From Candidatus Latescibacterota bacterium (GTDB taxonomy: Bacteria > Latescibacterota > UBA2968 > SICM01), in NCBI GenBank assembly GCA_965217865.1, contig CBDCJO010000002.1, positions 4,896,001 to 4,960,000 on the forward strand: DNA of 64,000 nucleotides, written 5' to 3'. The translations under genes were made by a program, and so were the position numbers. Below the pieces are notes generated by a model, which was not told the DNA's origin, searched no databases, and saw only the letters and a list, made by a program, of their open reading frames with translations. Each line of letters starts with the position of its first letter. The first letter of the stretch is position 1. This document shows, one piece after another, positions 51,055 through 61,842 of this stretch.

Positions 51055-52855
51055 CGGCGAGGGCAAGGAGCTAAGGGAACAGCACCTGCTGGGAGGCGTC
51101 TGTGTCCTGTTTGCGATCCTTGTCGTCCGGCTGTTTCTGATCCAAGTGGCCGACTCGGAGAGATACGATCAGCTGTCGGAACAGATCACCGATCAACCTG
51201 TCCCTCTGGAGGCCGCTCGGGGGTTGATTCGGGACCGGAACGGGGAAGTCCTGGTCGACAACCGCCCCTCCTACACCGTCTCCGTCGTCCCCCCACGCAT
51301 TGTACGGAACAATAAGCTCGACGAGGAAGTCATTGATCGACTCTGTTCCCTGGCAGGACTGGATCGCCAGGAGGTGCTGAAGAGCCTCCGATCCAAAAGC
51401 CGATATTACTACGAACCTGTGAAGTTGAAGCGAGACGTGGGATTCAAGACGGTGGCCAGGCTGGAGGAGGATCGATATGACTTGCCGGGTGTTGAGATAC
51501 AGGTGGAGTCTCGCCGGAGATATCCCCTGTTGGACGGCGAGATTCCTCTGGCATCGCACGTGCTCGGAAACACCAACATGATCGATCCCGACGAATATGC
51601 CCGTTTGTCCCCAAAGGGGTATTCCTACGGAGACTATATCGGAAAACGAGGGGTTGAAAAACTATGTGAGGGAGATCTTCGGGGAAAAAACGGATCTAAA
51701 TACGTTAGAGTGAATGCTGTCGGACGCGAGTTAGGTCTTATTTCAGAAAAGACCTGCCTTCCAACTCCCGGACAGGATGTTTACCTGACATTAGACAGGC
51801 GGATCCAGCAGGCCGCAGAGAAAGCGTTTCCCGATAGTATGGTCGGGAGTCTGGTAGCCATTGACCCCCGAAACGGGGAGGTTCTCGCCATCGTAAATCG
51901 CCCCCGGTTCAATACCAACACCCTTTCGGCTACGTGGAGCAAACTGGAAGCCCATCCCAAAGACCCCTTGATCAACCGGGCTTTGGTGGGTCTCTACCCA
52001 CCTGGCTCTACGATCAAGATGGTTTCTGCCCTCGCAGCTCTGGAATTGGGGGTTTCCGATCCTGAGGATACCTACGTGGTTTGCGATGGCGGGGTCCAGG
52101 TCGGCGACCGCTATTTTAAGTGCATGCACCACCACGGAAAATTGAATCTTACCCAAGCCATTGCACAATCCTGCAATGTTTATTTCGGCAAGTTGGGTCT
52201 GGAGATCGGGATCGATGAATGGCATCGGTACGGTCGAATGCTGGGTCTTGGAGAGAAGACGGGGATCGATCTTGCCAAAGGTGGGGACGGGGAGAAGGCG
52301 GGTCTGTATCCCGACAGATCCTACTACGGTGGGTCGGTGCTGGGAGGCGTCATGTTTAACCTTGCCATCGGGCAGGGGGAGGTAACCCTGACACCCCTTC
52401 AGATGGCTCGATACATCTCTGCGATTGCCACCGGCACACTGATTACGCCTCAGGTTATCAAAAACGGCACTCATTTCCCCACGAAACCGTTGAAGCACAT
52501 CTCCGAGAGAAACCTCGGGATTGTTCGATCGTCGCTTCTGGAGGTCGTTCTGGGAGAGCGGGGTACAGGGAAGAGGGCACGGGTGGGGAACTTCAAGATC
52601 GCGGGAAAGACCGGTACCGCACAAAACTCTCATGGTGCCGACCACGCGTGGTTCCTGGCCTTTGCGCCTTTTGATCGGCCTTCGATCGCTTTGGCTTTGA
52701 TCGTTGAAAACGCCCCTGGAACAGGGGGTGGCGTCGCGGCCCCGATTGCCCAGAAGGTCCTTCGGACCTATCTTGAGATTACCGAATCCTCCGGTGAATT
52801 GACCCCCCGAATGACGGCCCAAACAATAGAAACAGATGGTCCTGAGGTCCAGTAA
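51029..52855 (+). CDS. mrdA: Penicillin-binding protein 2
   Basis: RGLIRDRNG, YPPGSTIK (SxxK), SCN, KTGTAQ. Confidence 0.95.
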   Translation: MLNGYSQNNGEGKELREQHLLGGVCVLFAILVVRLFLIQVADSERYDQLSEQITDQPVPLEAARGLIRDRNGEVLVDNRPSYTVSVVPPRIVRNNKLDEEVIDRLCSLAGLDRQEVLKSLRSKSRYYYEPVKLKRDVGFKTVARLEEDRYDLPGVEIQVESRRRYPLLDGEIPLASHVLGNTNMIDPDEYARLSPKGYSYGDYIGKRGVEKLCEGDLRGKNGSKYVRVNAVGRELGLISEKTCLPTPGQDVYLTLDRRIQQAAEKAFPDSMVGSLVAIDPRNGEVLAIVNRPRFNTNTLSATWSKLEAHPKDPLINRALVGLYPPGSTIKMVSALAALELGVSDPEDTYVVCDGGVQVGDRYFKCMHHHGKLNLTQAIAQSCNVYFGKLGLEIGIDEWHRYGRMLGLGEKTGIDLAKGGDGEKAGLYPDRSYYGGSVLGGVMFNLAIGQGEVTLTPLQMARYISAIATGTLITPQVIKNGTHFPTKPLKHISERNLGIVRSSLLEVVLGERGTGKRARVGNFKIAGKTGTAQNSHGADHAWFLAFAPFDRPSIALALIVENAPGTGGGVAAPIAQKVLRTYLEITESSGELTPRMTAQTIETDGPEVQ

Positions 52856-52857
52856 AC

Positions 52858-54072
52858 ATGAACCTGACCCGCTACCAGAGGAACCTTGATATCTCGTTGA
52901 TGTCTGCCGTTATGGGGACTGCGATATTCGGGGTTTTTACGATTTACAGCGCCACCCACGGACCCGAAGCAGGCTCTTCGAACAACCTATATTTTCACCA
53001 GATCATCTGGATGCTGTTTGCCCTTGGGGCACTTGCGACCGTGATGCTTATTCCCCTCCGAGCTTTCCACACGGCCGCTTATTTAATCTACGGAGGAGCC
53101 GTCCTCTTTTTGTTGATTGGCCTGGAGGTGGGGTTCGGTCGGTGGGTGCGATGGGGAATCCTGGGTTTTCAACCGTCGGAGTTTGCCAAGATTGCAATGG
53201 TATTGGGGCTTGCGCGATATCTCTCAACCCGGGGTGTAAATCTCGAACGTCCCTTTTATCTTGTCATTCCTATATTGATGGTTCTGCTGCCGATGGGGCT
53301 GATTGCCAAGCAACCCGATCTGGGTACTTCTCTGGTCTACGGTGCCGTGCTGTTTCCGATGCTTTACTGGGCTGGCCTCAAACCTTTACACCTGTTTTTT
53401 CTCCTCTCTCCGTTTTTGACGATTCTCTGTGCTTTTCACAAGGTATCCCTCGGGGCGGTTATCGTCCTTCTGGGCGTCGTCGTTTATTTAACCCGGCCGG
53501 GTCTGGTTGCCACGGTTTTTATCGGATTGGCGAATCTGGGCGTTGCCCTCATCGCGCCCTTTCTATGGTATCAAAACCTCCACGAATATCAACGGAAGAG
53601 GATACTCAGTTTTCTAAATCCCGAAGGTGATATTCAGGGATCGGGCTACCAGCTCCTGCAGTCGAAGGTGGCAATCGGGTCAGGCGGGGTGGCTGGAAAG
53701 GGTTTTATGGAGGGCACTCAGACGAAACTCGCATTCCTGCCTGCACAGCACACGGACTTTGTGTTTGCCGTCATCGGGGAAGAACTGGGATTCCTTGGGG
53801 CGATTGGGGTCCTGGGGCTCTTCTTTTTTATCATCTGGCGTTCCATTCGGATCGCCGCTCTGGCAAGAGGGAAATTTTCGGGCCTGGTGGGCATCGGCAT
53901 GGTATCGATTCTCGTCTATCACGTATTCGTAAATATCGGAATGACAATCGGTGTGATGCCGATCACGGGGGTTCCGCTTCCCTTCTTGAGCTACGGGGGA
54001 TCCTCTCTGATGGTGAATATGATGCTTATCGGTTTTCTTCTCAACATCAACGCTCATCGACACGAATATTGA
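52858..54072 (+). CDS. rodA: Rod shape-determining protein RodA
   Basis: QPSEFAK, QPDLGT, HTDF, EELGF, PITGVPLPFLSYGGSS. Confidence 0.95.
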   Translation: MNLTRYQRNLDISLMSAVMGTAIFGVFTIYSATHGPEAGSSNNLYFHQIIWMLFALGALATVMLIPLRAFHTAAYLIYGGAVLFLLIGLEVGFGRWVRWGILGFQPSEFAKIAMVLGLARYLSTRGVNLERPFYLVIPILMVLLPMGLIAKQPDLGTSLVYGAVLFPMLYWAGLKPLHLFFLLSPFLTILCAFHKVSLGAVIVLLGVVVYLTRPGLVATVFIGLANLGVALIAPFLWYQNLHEYQRKRILSFLNPEGDIQGSGYQLLQSKVAIGSGGVAGKGFMEGTQTKLAFLPAQHTDFVFAVIGEELGFLGAIGVLGLFFFIIWRSIRIAALARGKFSGLVGIGMVSILVYHVFVNIGMTIGVMPITGVPLPFLSYGGSSLMVNMMLIGFLLNINAHRHEY

Positions 54073-54244
54073 CCCGGTACCCTGGGTGACTGGGATTAAC
54101 CCCCCACAGGGTTGATCGGCCCACCTGTTGAAGGGATCCGGTTCCAAATTGCGTTCTTCCTCACCGACCCCCCCCGTTATTTCTGCCTTCTAAATGAAAA
54201 GGAAGTCGTTTAGAAGGCCGTCTGTTATCCGAGCTTCAGGTTTC

Positions 54245-55045
54245 ATGTATCCGGTTTTATTCCACATCGGTTCCCTGGCCATCAGGACCTACGGGGTGCT
54301 TCTGGCTTTCTCGTTCCTGGCCGGTATATGGCTGGCAAGGAAACGAGCGGAGCGGACGATCATTACATCCGATCAGATTTTGGATCTATCGCTCTATCTG
54401 ATCATCTCGTCGGTGTTGGGGGCACGACTCCTTTACGTGGTGCTTCACTGGGGGGAGTTCTCAGACAACCTCTTTCTGATTGTAAACCCGTTTCAGTCTC
54501 CGGGAGAGTTCGGTGTCTCGGGTCTGGTATTCTATGGTGGTCTCCTTTCCGGAACGCTGACCGGTATCTGGTTCGCTTTTCGAAACGACCTCCCTTTCCG
54601 GGTCCTGGCTGATGTGATGACCCCTTCCATCGCATTAGGACTGGCGATATCGCGGATCGGGTGCTTTCTAAACGCCTGTTGTTTCGGGTTACCGTGCGAG
54701 CAGCCGTGGGGGGTAAGGTTTCCGATCGATAGCGTGGCCGGAAACCTGTTTCACGGTCCCATCCATCCGACACAGATTTATTCATCGGTCGGGGCTGCGT
54801 TTATATTCGGGATCGTGTGGCTCATTGATCGCCACCGTCCTTTTGATGGGTTCAGTTTTTGTGTCTTCCTGGCCTTATATGGGGTTTTGCGGTTCACGGT
54901 GGATTTCTTCCGGTTTTATGATGCCGAATCGATTGTCCGGATCTTCGATATTCCGTTTTCAGTCAATCAGTTGATCAGCCTAGGCTTCTTCATAGCGGCG
55001 TGGGTTGCCTATGTCAAATGGGGGAAAATGAAGAATGAAAAATGA
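54245..55045 (+). CDS. lgt: Prolipoprotein diacylglyceryl transferase
   Basis: YG, GARLLYV, GLVFYGG, RIGCFLN.CC.G, HPTQIY. Confidence 0.93.
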   Translation: MYPVLFHIGSLAIRTYGVLLAFSFLAGIWLARKRAERTIITSDQILDLSLYLIISSVLGARLLYVVLHWGEFSDNLFLIVNPFQSPGEFGVSGLVFYGGLLSGTLTGIWFAFRNDLPFRVLADVMTPSIALGLAISRIGCFLNACCFGLPCEQPWGVRFPIDSVAGNLFHGPIHPTQIYSSVGAAFIFGIVWLIDRHRPFDGFSFCVFLALYGVLRFTVDFFRFYDAESIVRIFDIPFSVNQLISLGFFIAAWVAYVKWGKMKNEK

Positions 55046-55102
55046 AGGTTCGAAATCCCGGAATTCGAGTTTTTCACTCCGAAATCCGCTGAGTGTTCGT
55101 TG

Positions 55103-55964
55103 ATGGAAGGCGAGGTCTTTGAAAACGGGCCCCACGCAGACCCTGAAACTGGATCTGATCTATCGGATGAGCCCGGAATTCGTTATCCCACCCTATCCCA
55201 GATCGCTGTCCTGATCTGTCTGCTTCCCTTCTCCTTCCTGATTCAAGGTGCCTTCTATCCTGACTTTCCCAGGCTCTCCGTCGTTGCCAGCGGGGCTTCC
55301 ATCATATTGCTCGTCAGTTTTGCTGATCAGGCGTTGGGGTATGGCGTGGAGAGAAGCCCTTATGATAAAGGGAATCGATGCCGGGGTGGCGTTTTCCGCC
55401 GTTCTGACGACCGGGGCCCTAGGCGTCGTCCTGGCCGAGGTTCAAGCCCTGACGTCCCCGTATTTTCCCCCTATGCCCCTGGATCTTGTGGAATCCACGA
55501 GAGCGCTGGCGACCGTGCAAAATGGGAGGGACCTTATCGCGGTGGTATTGGCGTTGGTATTGTTTCCGGCAGTCTCAGAGGAGATGCTTTTCCGGGGTTT
55601 GATCCTGAGGGGGCTGTGCGGGCGCTTCGGCCCGATCGCGGGTGTCGTGGGTTCTGGAGTCCTGTTCGCCCTGGTTCACCTGAATCCATGGCAGTTGCTT
55701 CCACTGTCTCTGATCGGGATCTTTATCGGTTTCATCGTATACAGGACAGGAAGTCTCTACACAGGAATCATCGCGCACGGGGCAAACAACCTTTTTTCTA
55801 TCGCGGCCCTCAATATGGGCCCTGGAATCGGTTCAGACACGATTCAACCCTCATGTCACCTTCCCTTTATCATAGTCGTTGGTGCCCTCCTGTTGTTTTT
55901 AGCTGGTACGGCAAGTTTTATTTACACGCCGAAAAAAACGTGTGGGGGACCAGCTACCGGTTAA
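55103..55964 (+). pseudogene. CPBP (CAAX/Abi) intramembrane metalloprotease with a +1 frameshift
   Basis: EEMLFRG, FALVH, H..NN motifs. Deleting one T from TTTT 55318-55321 fuses the two frames into 286 aa. Confidence 0.78.
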
Positions 55965-56061
55965 TTTGGAAACCCAGGTGTGGTTAGGAATGATGAAAAT
56001 TGGAAGGTGTGGGATGTGAGGAGTGGACGAACAAGCAGAGGAAGTGAACACGGATGACGAC

Positions 56062-57204
56062 TCACGAACGGCGAGAGACGGGATCCCGGGCCATCAATTT
56101 GATAAACGTTTCGAACAGATAGGCGGCGTCGTGGGGTCCAGCGGACGCCTCGGGATGATACTGAACGGAGAAGATCGGAAGATTCCGGTGGCGCATCCCT
56201 TCCAGAGTTCCATCGTTCAGGTTGATGTGTGTCAATTCGACTTCATCCCGGTTCAGGGAGTCCGGATCAACCGCGAAACCGTGGTTCTGGGCGGTGATCT
56301 CGACTTTTCCGGTGTCGAGTTTCCGAACCGGCTGGTTTGCTCCACGGTGCCCGAACTTGAGTTTGTAGGTCCGGCCTCCCAAGGCAAGGCCGAGGAGCTG
56401 GTGTCCCAGGCAGATGCCGAAGATGGGTTTTTTACCGAATAACCAGCGGATGTTTTCCACAGCGTAAGGGAGTCCCTCGGGGTCTCCAGGGCCGTTGGAG
56501 AGAAAAACCCCATCGGGGTCGGTTTCCAGGAGTTGCTCCGGTTCGGCAGATGCGGGAAAGATGGTTACGTCGCAACCGGATTGAACCAGGTTGCGGAGAA
56601 TGTTCTGCTTGATCCCATAGTCGTACGCGGACACCCGGAAGCGGCGATTTCCGATCGGTTGCGGTTTGTCTTTTAAGACGTCAAAAAGGCCCTGATCCCA
56701 TCTGTAGGACTCCTGACACGTAACCTCCCGGACCAGGTCCCGGCCGATGAGTCCGGGTGATGCCTTGGCCTTGCGGACCAGGCTTTCCGGGTCGAGATCC
56801 ACGGACGAAAGGACCCCTTTCATAGCGCCCACCGTCCGAGTTCGTTTGGTGAGTGCCCGCGTGTCGATCCCTTCAATACCGACGATATTGTAGCGTTTCA
56901 GAAAGTCCCCGAGGCTCTCCCGGCTGCGCCAGTTGCAGGGAAAGTCGCAATACTCCCTCACGGCGAAACCCTCTACACAGGGGCCCTTTGACTCAAAGTC
57001 GTTGGGGTTAACCCCGTAATTACCGATGAGGGGATAGGTCATCGTCACGATCTGCCCCTTGTACGAGGGATCGGTAAGTATCTCCTGGTATCCGGTCATA
57101 CTGGTGTTGAACACCACTTCACCCTCCTTTTCTCCCTCCGCCCCAAACGAACGACCTTCGAAAATCGCCCCGTCCTCCAGTGCCAGTAACGCTTTCTTGA
57201 TCAT
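56062..57204 (-). CDS. carA: Carbamoyl-phosphate synthase small subunit
   Basis: [45 protein letters not shown]. Confidence 0.98.
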   Translation of the reverse strand: MIKKALLALEDGAIFEGRSFGAEGEKEGEVVFNTSMTGYQEILTDPSYKGQIVTMTYPLIGNYGVNPNDFESKGPCVEGFAVREYCDFPCNWRSRESLGDFLKRYNIVGIEGIDTRALTKRTRTVGAMKGVLSSVDLDPESLVRKAKASPGLIGRDLVREVTCQESYRWDQGLFDVLKDKPQPIGNRRFRVSAYDYGIKQNILRNLVQSGCDVTIFPASAEPEQLLETDPDGVFLSNGPGDPEGLPYAVENIRWLFGKKPIFGICLGHQLLGLALGGRTYKLKFGHRGANQPVRKLDTGKVEITAQNHGFAVDPDSLNRDEVELTHINLNDGTLEGMRHRNLPIFSVQYHPEASAGPHDAAYLFETFIKLMARDPVSRRS

Positions 57205-57231
57205 GGGATCCCCGGTTCGTGTTGTATGATG

Positions 57232-57260
57232 ATATATATTCTAATTATTAGAATATATAT
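57232..57260. promoter_or_regulatory. Perfect AT-rich inverted repeat, candidate carA operator
   Basis: ATATATATTCTAAT-T-ATTAGAATATATAT, lying between a minus-strand TTGACA (57289-57294) and the carA start. Confidence 0.6.
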
Positions 57261-57290
57261 GACTATAATTACCCAATTAAAAAGGGTATG

Positions 57291-58541
57291 TCAAGAATAA
57301 TTATTATATTCTCTTGGAAATCTTTTAGTAACGGTGTGTTTTAACCCTGGATCAGCCCCTTTGAAGCCACAATAATGCAAAGCGGTCAAGGCATAGACGA
57401 GTGCGATCCGCTCAAGCTCGTCGATTGGGACCCATTCGTTCTGGGTATGGGCCCCTCTGGCGTTTGGGCCGTGGGTGATCGGCGGTATTCCCCCTACGAC
57501 GGAAAATGAGTTGCCGTCGTCCAAGATGGGTTTTCCGCCCAGGGGAAGAGGGCGGCCGGAAACGGCCGTGTGAGCGGCCTGAAATGAGGTTACTATCGCG
57601 TCGGTGGGATCGATATGAAAGGCATCGCCATAAACCTCGAAATCGAGCGAAATGATCGTCCGACTGGCCGCAGCAAGCTGATCCAGGATTGTTTGAAACT
57701 CCTCCCTGATGGCCTTGGCCGTACCGGGGGTGATCCAACGCCGCGTTCCGTTTAATCGGCACTCTACAGGAGACTGATTGTAGATTTCACCCGCGGTGAA
57801 TTTGCCGATAAAGACCGAATCGACCCCCGCGTAGCGATGGGTCGTCTCTTTGAGCTTGTCGTCCAATTTTCGGAGTTTTAGGACCAATTCGGCGCCGGTC
57901 CCGATGACATCCGGCAGATCCGACGGACGCAGGACTTCGTGGACGGGCTCGCCCGCTCGTCGGATGAGAACCTCGAAGATGGCCGTACCTCGTCCGGCGA
58001 TCGGCAAGCGATCGGAGAGGTACTCCGGTAGGAGGACGGCGTCCCCCACATAACCGGATTCGATCAAGGCGAGAAGCTGGCGACGATCCCCAGGTACTTC
58101 GTGGTGATCGTGAGCCGTCAAGAGGATGCCCCCCTGTCCCATGGCCCCGGTCTCCCGGAGAATCCGGAGGGATTCAACGAAGGCCGCAATTCCGCCTTTC
58201 ATGTCGGAGGAACCCGATCCGTAGAGGATCCCATCTTCGACACGGGGGGGGACAAAGGGAAGGTGAACGGTATCCAGATGGCCGTCGAATTGGAGGGTAC
58301 GGCCCGGAGTCCCGGTTTCAAACCGGACAACGACGGCCGGGGCCTCCGGCCAATTCGCAACGGGTCTTTCGACGATAAAACCGTCTTGCCGTAGGATTTC
58401 GGACAGACGATCGGCCACGGGACCCGCGCTTCGCGAAGGGCTCGGAACTTCAACGAGGGCGATAGCCGTTTCCAGGAGGCGCTTATGATTCAGCCCCTTC
58501 TTGATTTTTTCGATCAGTTTATCGGGTAATGAAATATCCAT
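57291..58541 (-). CDS. M20 family metallohydrolase (ArgE/DapE-like)
   Basis: DGHLDTV, LYGSGSSDMKGG, HE, GAHTQNE. Confidence 0.88.
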   Translation of the reverse strand: MDISLPDKLIEKIKKGLNHKRLLETAIALVEVPSPSRSAGPVADRLSEILRQDGFIVERPVANWPEAPAVVVRFETGTPGRTLQFDGHLDTVHLPFVPPRVEDGILYGSGSSDMKGGIAAFVESLRILRETGAMGQGGILLTAHDHHEVPGDRRQLLALIESGYVGDAVLLPEYLSDRLPIAGRGTAIFEVLIRRAGEPVHEVLRPSDLPDVIGTGAELVLKLRKLDDKLKETTHRYAGVDSVFIGKFTAGEIYNQSPVECRLNGTRRWITPGTAKAIREEFQTILDQLAAASRTIISLDFEVYGDAFHIDPTDAIVTSFQAAHTAVSGRPLPLGGKPILDDGNSFSVVGGIPPITHGPNARGAHTQNEWVPIDELERIALVYALTALHYCGFKGADPGLKHTVTKRFPREYNNYS

Positions 58542-58570
58542 CGGGGCTTCGAGCGGCTTTCCGGGGGAGA

Positions 58571-59458
58571 TCAGGCGAAGCTCTTGAAATATTCGAGAAA
58601 CCGTTTCGCATATCTATCGAGGTTGGCCAGGGAGCCCCCGCCGTCGAGCATAGAGCACATTTCATATCCCACGTACCCGGTGTAGCCGACCTGTTTCAGA
58701 GTCTCGAAGAAGGTCGCATAATCGACGTCTCCCTCGCCTACGGGAACGGCCCTGGCCTGGTCCCTCGACCGATCGTAGTTAACGATCTGGGGACGATAGA
58801 TAAACCTGGGCCTCAGGGTGTAATCCGCGACGGTGGTGTGAACGATGAAGGGGGCCATTTTACGCACGGCACGGGCAACGTCATCACCTTGAAGGAACAA
58901 CGTTCAGGCGTCGAACATGGATTTGCAATTCGGGTGATCGATCTCCTCAAGGAGGGCGTAGAGACTCTCGTAGTGGGATGCAAGGTCGTGGTGGTTCTGG
59001 ACGCCGATTGTGACGCCGAAGTCGGACGCACGCCGGGCACACTCCCGAAGGGCCCCCACGGTGCGATCCCAAAGCTCATCATAGCTCAACTCTGGACGTT
59101 CGAAGGCGGTGAAAACCCGGATAAGATCCGTCCCCAAGTCCCTGGCGAGGCGGGCAAGTTCTGTCACGTGAGCGATCTGCATCTCGATGATGGGCACGTC
59201 CGGACGGTCCGCTCCGGCACCGAAGTCGGTGTAGCCCGCCAGGCAGGCCAGTCCGATATTCTTGTCCCTGAGCTGGCCACGAAGACGGGCGCGGTCTTCC
59301 TGGTTCAAGTCGAGGACAGACCCGTGGGGACGTTTGGCCATCAGCATGATCCCGTCGTATCCGAATTCCGATGCCCGTTCTATGATTTGTTCAACGGTCA
59401 GGCGTTCCTGTCCGATCCAAACGCCGGCATAGCCGATGGTGTGAAGGGCCGTTTTCAA
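58571..59458 (-). pseudogene. Sugar phosphate isomerase/epimerase with an in-frame TGA
   Basis: The two track ORFs are in frame: KSMFDA[TGA 58904-58906]TLFLQGDD. QNHHD, GEGDVDY and GY.G...YEMC motifs are present. Confidence 0.8.
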
Positions 59459-59528
59459 ATAGGGATTCCGGTTTTGGAGGGGTTAAAAAGGAAATGGAAA
59501 ATGGAAAATGAAAAATGGAAATTGCAAG

Positions 59529-60041
59529 GTCGCGCCCAAAACCGATATTATGATTCAGGTACTGAGGGTTCAGGTAGACTCCGTAATTGGAGAGTCATTT
59601 TGTTTGCTTCCAACCCCTCCCCCCAGGTCGCCCTTTTTCTTGCTCATCCTAGAAAAAGGGCTGAAAAAGAAGGATCCTTCGACTACGCAGCGCTGGGGCG
59701 CTGCTCCGCTCAGGACAGGCTCTGCTCAAACGCCGCGGAGGCTGGGCGCGCCTAAGCCCGGACTGTAGATGACATTCAGGATTTTGTGTGGTTCCGAGAG
59801 GGATCGTGGCTTAACCGGGCCCTGGTGGAACGTTAAAAAGGAGGGACAGAGTCGCGCCCAAAAACCGATAATATGACTCAGGTTTTGAGGGTTCAGGTAG
59901 ACTCCGTAATTGGAGGGTCATTTTGTTTGTGCCCACTCCCCCCAAGTTCGCGTCGCGCCCAAAAACCGATAATATGATTCAGGTACTGAGAGTACGGAGA
60001 TCCTTCGACTGCGCGGCAAAAACCGCCGCTCCGCTCAGGAC
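59529..60041. repeat. Three direct repeats (about 95, 95 and 40 bp) interleaved with two CCTTCGACT...CGCTCAGGA REP-type hairpins
   Basis: GTCGCGCCCAAAA(A)CCGATA.TATGA.TCAGGT..TGAG starts at 59529, 59851 and 59952; REP-like units at about 59672 and 59999. Confidence 0.85.
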
Positions 60042-60091
60042 GTGGCTTTCGAAACCATCCCCTAGGTTAAGGCACCCCGATCCCCTCAGGG

Positions 60092-61570
60092 TCAACCGCC
60101 TCCCAGCCAATTCAAAAGCGGAAGGATGTCGTCGTATACCGCCCGGGCCCCGAAGAAGGTGAAAATAATTCCGCAGATGAGGTTGAGAATCAGAAGGGGC
60201 CTCCCCATCTGAAAGGGTTTGGGCAGGAACTTTCGATCCGTCCAGATCATGGCAAAGCACCACGGTCCGGCAAGAAGAACCCCTGTGATATGAAGGGGGA
60301 TGGTCATGATGGAGATGGGGTCCCACCCGACTCCGAGGGGATCGTTTACGGCGGTCCACCAGGCATAGAGGACCATTCCAATGGCCCCCACCCCGGCATA
60401 GATCAGGGTCGAAAGCCTTATCCTTGCGAGCGGGAGATCCCGCCACTTTGGGACGGAAACCCGGATACATTCGTGGGCGGTTCGAACGTAGAGTTCAAAC
60501 GCACCATAAACCGTACCCATGATGGCGAAGAAGATCCCCCCTTTATAAAGGATCTCCAAGAGGGTTTGGGCCAGGGTATTGGGATGTAATTGCGTCAGGA
60601 AAACCACCTGATGGTTGTAGAGATCCATCCCGCTGGGAGCGAGCTGCCTTGGATGCAACAAGGACGCCCCGAGGATAAGAAAAGCGAAGGTGAAGACCAG
60701 GACACACGAGAAGGAAGTGATGTTGTCGATAAGCGGGGCCCTCAGCCAGTTCAGTCCCATGCGAACGTTTGCGGGGTCCTCGGATAACGGGATCCGTTCG
60801 ATTTCTGAACCCGTTTGGGACCTTCGCCCGATCAGGCCCCATGCCTTCTCCCGCAACATTCCCACATATCCGAGGTAATCCTGCACGCCCCCTCCCATAA
60901 CACCCATGTAGGCGACCAACTCGATGATCAGTGTCCGCCTTGCGATATCCGGGTAGTTGACGACCCAATCCGGGTATTGGGGGAGTGTCGGGATGAATGC
61001 GCCTGCGACGGCTGCCCCCCAGTCGGGTTTGGCTGCGAAGGCCGCGATGATCATGACGAAAAGCATGATGCCGACGAAGGAAGTCTGGACTTTTTCCAGG
61101 AATCCGTAACTCTGGAGAAGGGTCAGGACGATGAGCAGAACGATCGATCCGATTGCGATGGGGTGGGCGTAAAGGTGAGGATCACCGAAAAGGGCCCAGG
61201 AGGCGATCGAGCCCAACATGATGGGCAGACTCGAGAGATAAAACGGAAAGGCTACGATAACGACCAAGCCGGTAAAGGCGGGGAACCAAGCTCGCGGTCC
61301 GGGGAGAAAAGCCCAGCGTTCTATCGGATGCTCTCCCGTCAGGGTCATGTAACGGGCGGCAGTATAAACCTGGATGCCCTTTGTCAGGCAAAAGAGGCTG
61401 AATGCCCAGAATAGGGAATACCCGAAGATCGCCCCGCTCCGTGAAGCCCAAAGGGTTTCTCCACTTCCGATGGTGACCGATGCGATAATCGCGCCCGGTC
61501 CGAAAAACTTCATAAAATCGGTTAGTCGCTTGGATCTGAGCTCGGGAAAACGGAGCTTATTTTCTTCCAT
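60092..61570 (-). CDS. Nramp-family (APC superfamily) transporter
   Basis: FGPGAIIASVTIGSGE, RY.TLTGEHP, multiple transmembrane segments. Confidence 0.85.
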   Translation of the reverse strand: MEENKLRFPELRSKRLTDFMKFFGPGAIIASVTIGSGETLWASRSGAIFGYSLFWAFSLFCLTKGIQVYTAARYMTLTGEHPIERWAFLPGPRAWFPAFTGLVVIVAFPFYLSSLPIMLGSIASWALFGDPHLYAHPIAIGSIVLLIVLTLLQSYGFLEKVQTSFVGIMLFVMIIAAFAAKPDWGAAVAGAFIPTLPQYPDWVVNYPDIARRTLIIELVAYMGVMGGGVQDYLGYVGMLREKAWGLIGRRSQTGSEIERIPLSEDPANVRMGLNWLRAPLIDNITSFSCVLVFTFAFLILGASLLHPRQLAPSGMDLYNHQVVFLTQLHPNTLAQTLLEILYKGGIFFAIMGTVYGAFELYVRTAHECIRVSVPKWRDLPLARIRLSTLIYAGVGAIGMVLYAWWTAVNDPLGVGWDPISIMTIPLHITGVLLAGPWCFAMIWTDRKFLPKPFQMGRPLLILNLICGIIFTFFGARAVYDDILPLLNWLGGG

Positions 61571-61752
61571 TTAGGGTTTCCTTTATCAACGTGAAACCGA
61601 CCCACGGGACGGAAATTACACGGATTTGATTCCAAATCGAGCCTTAATAAAATGAATATGGAATCTGAAAGAAAGATAAAAATGGTCACGAATCCTCAGA
61701 TCTTTCCATCCTCCATTTATGTCCCCCTTTGACCGGTCCAAATAAAAAACGG

Positions 61753-61781
61753 TTGACACGGCTCAGGCAGTGGGATATATT
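61753..61781 (+). promoter_or_regulatory. Sigma70-type promoter
   Basis: TTGACA-17 nt-TATATT. Confidence 0.65.
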
Positions 61782-61842
61782 AACGACGATTGGCGTTTAA
61801 CATCCTCTGTGTATGAAATTTACGTTTGGGATGGAGGTATCG

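Noticed and set aside
59529-60041. Possible CRISPR array
   Set aside because: Repeats are about 95 bp, irregularly spaced and diverged; there are no regular unique spacers and no cas genes.
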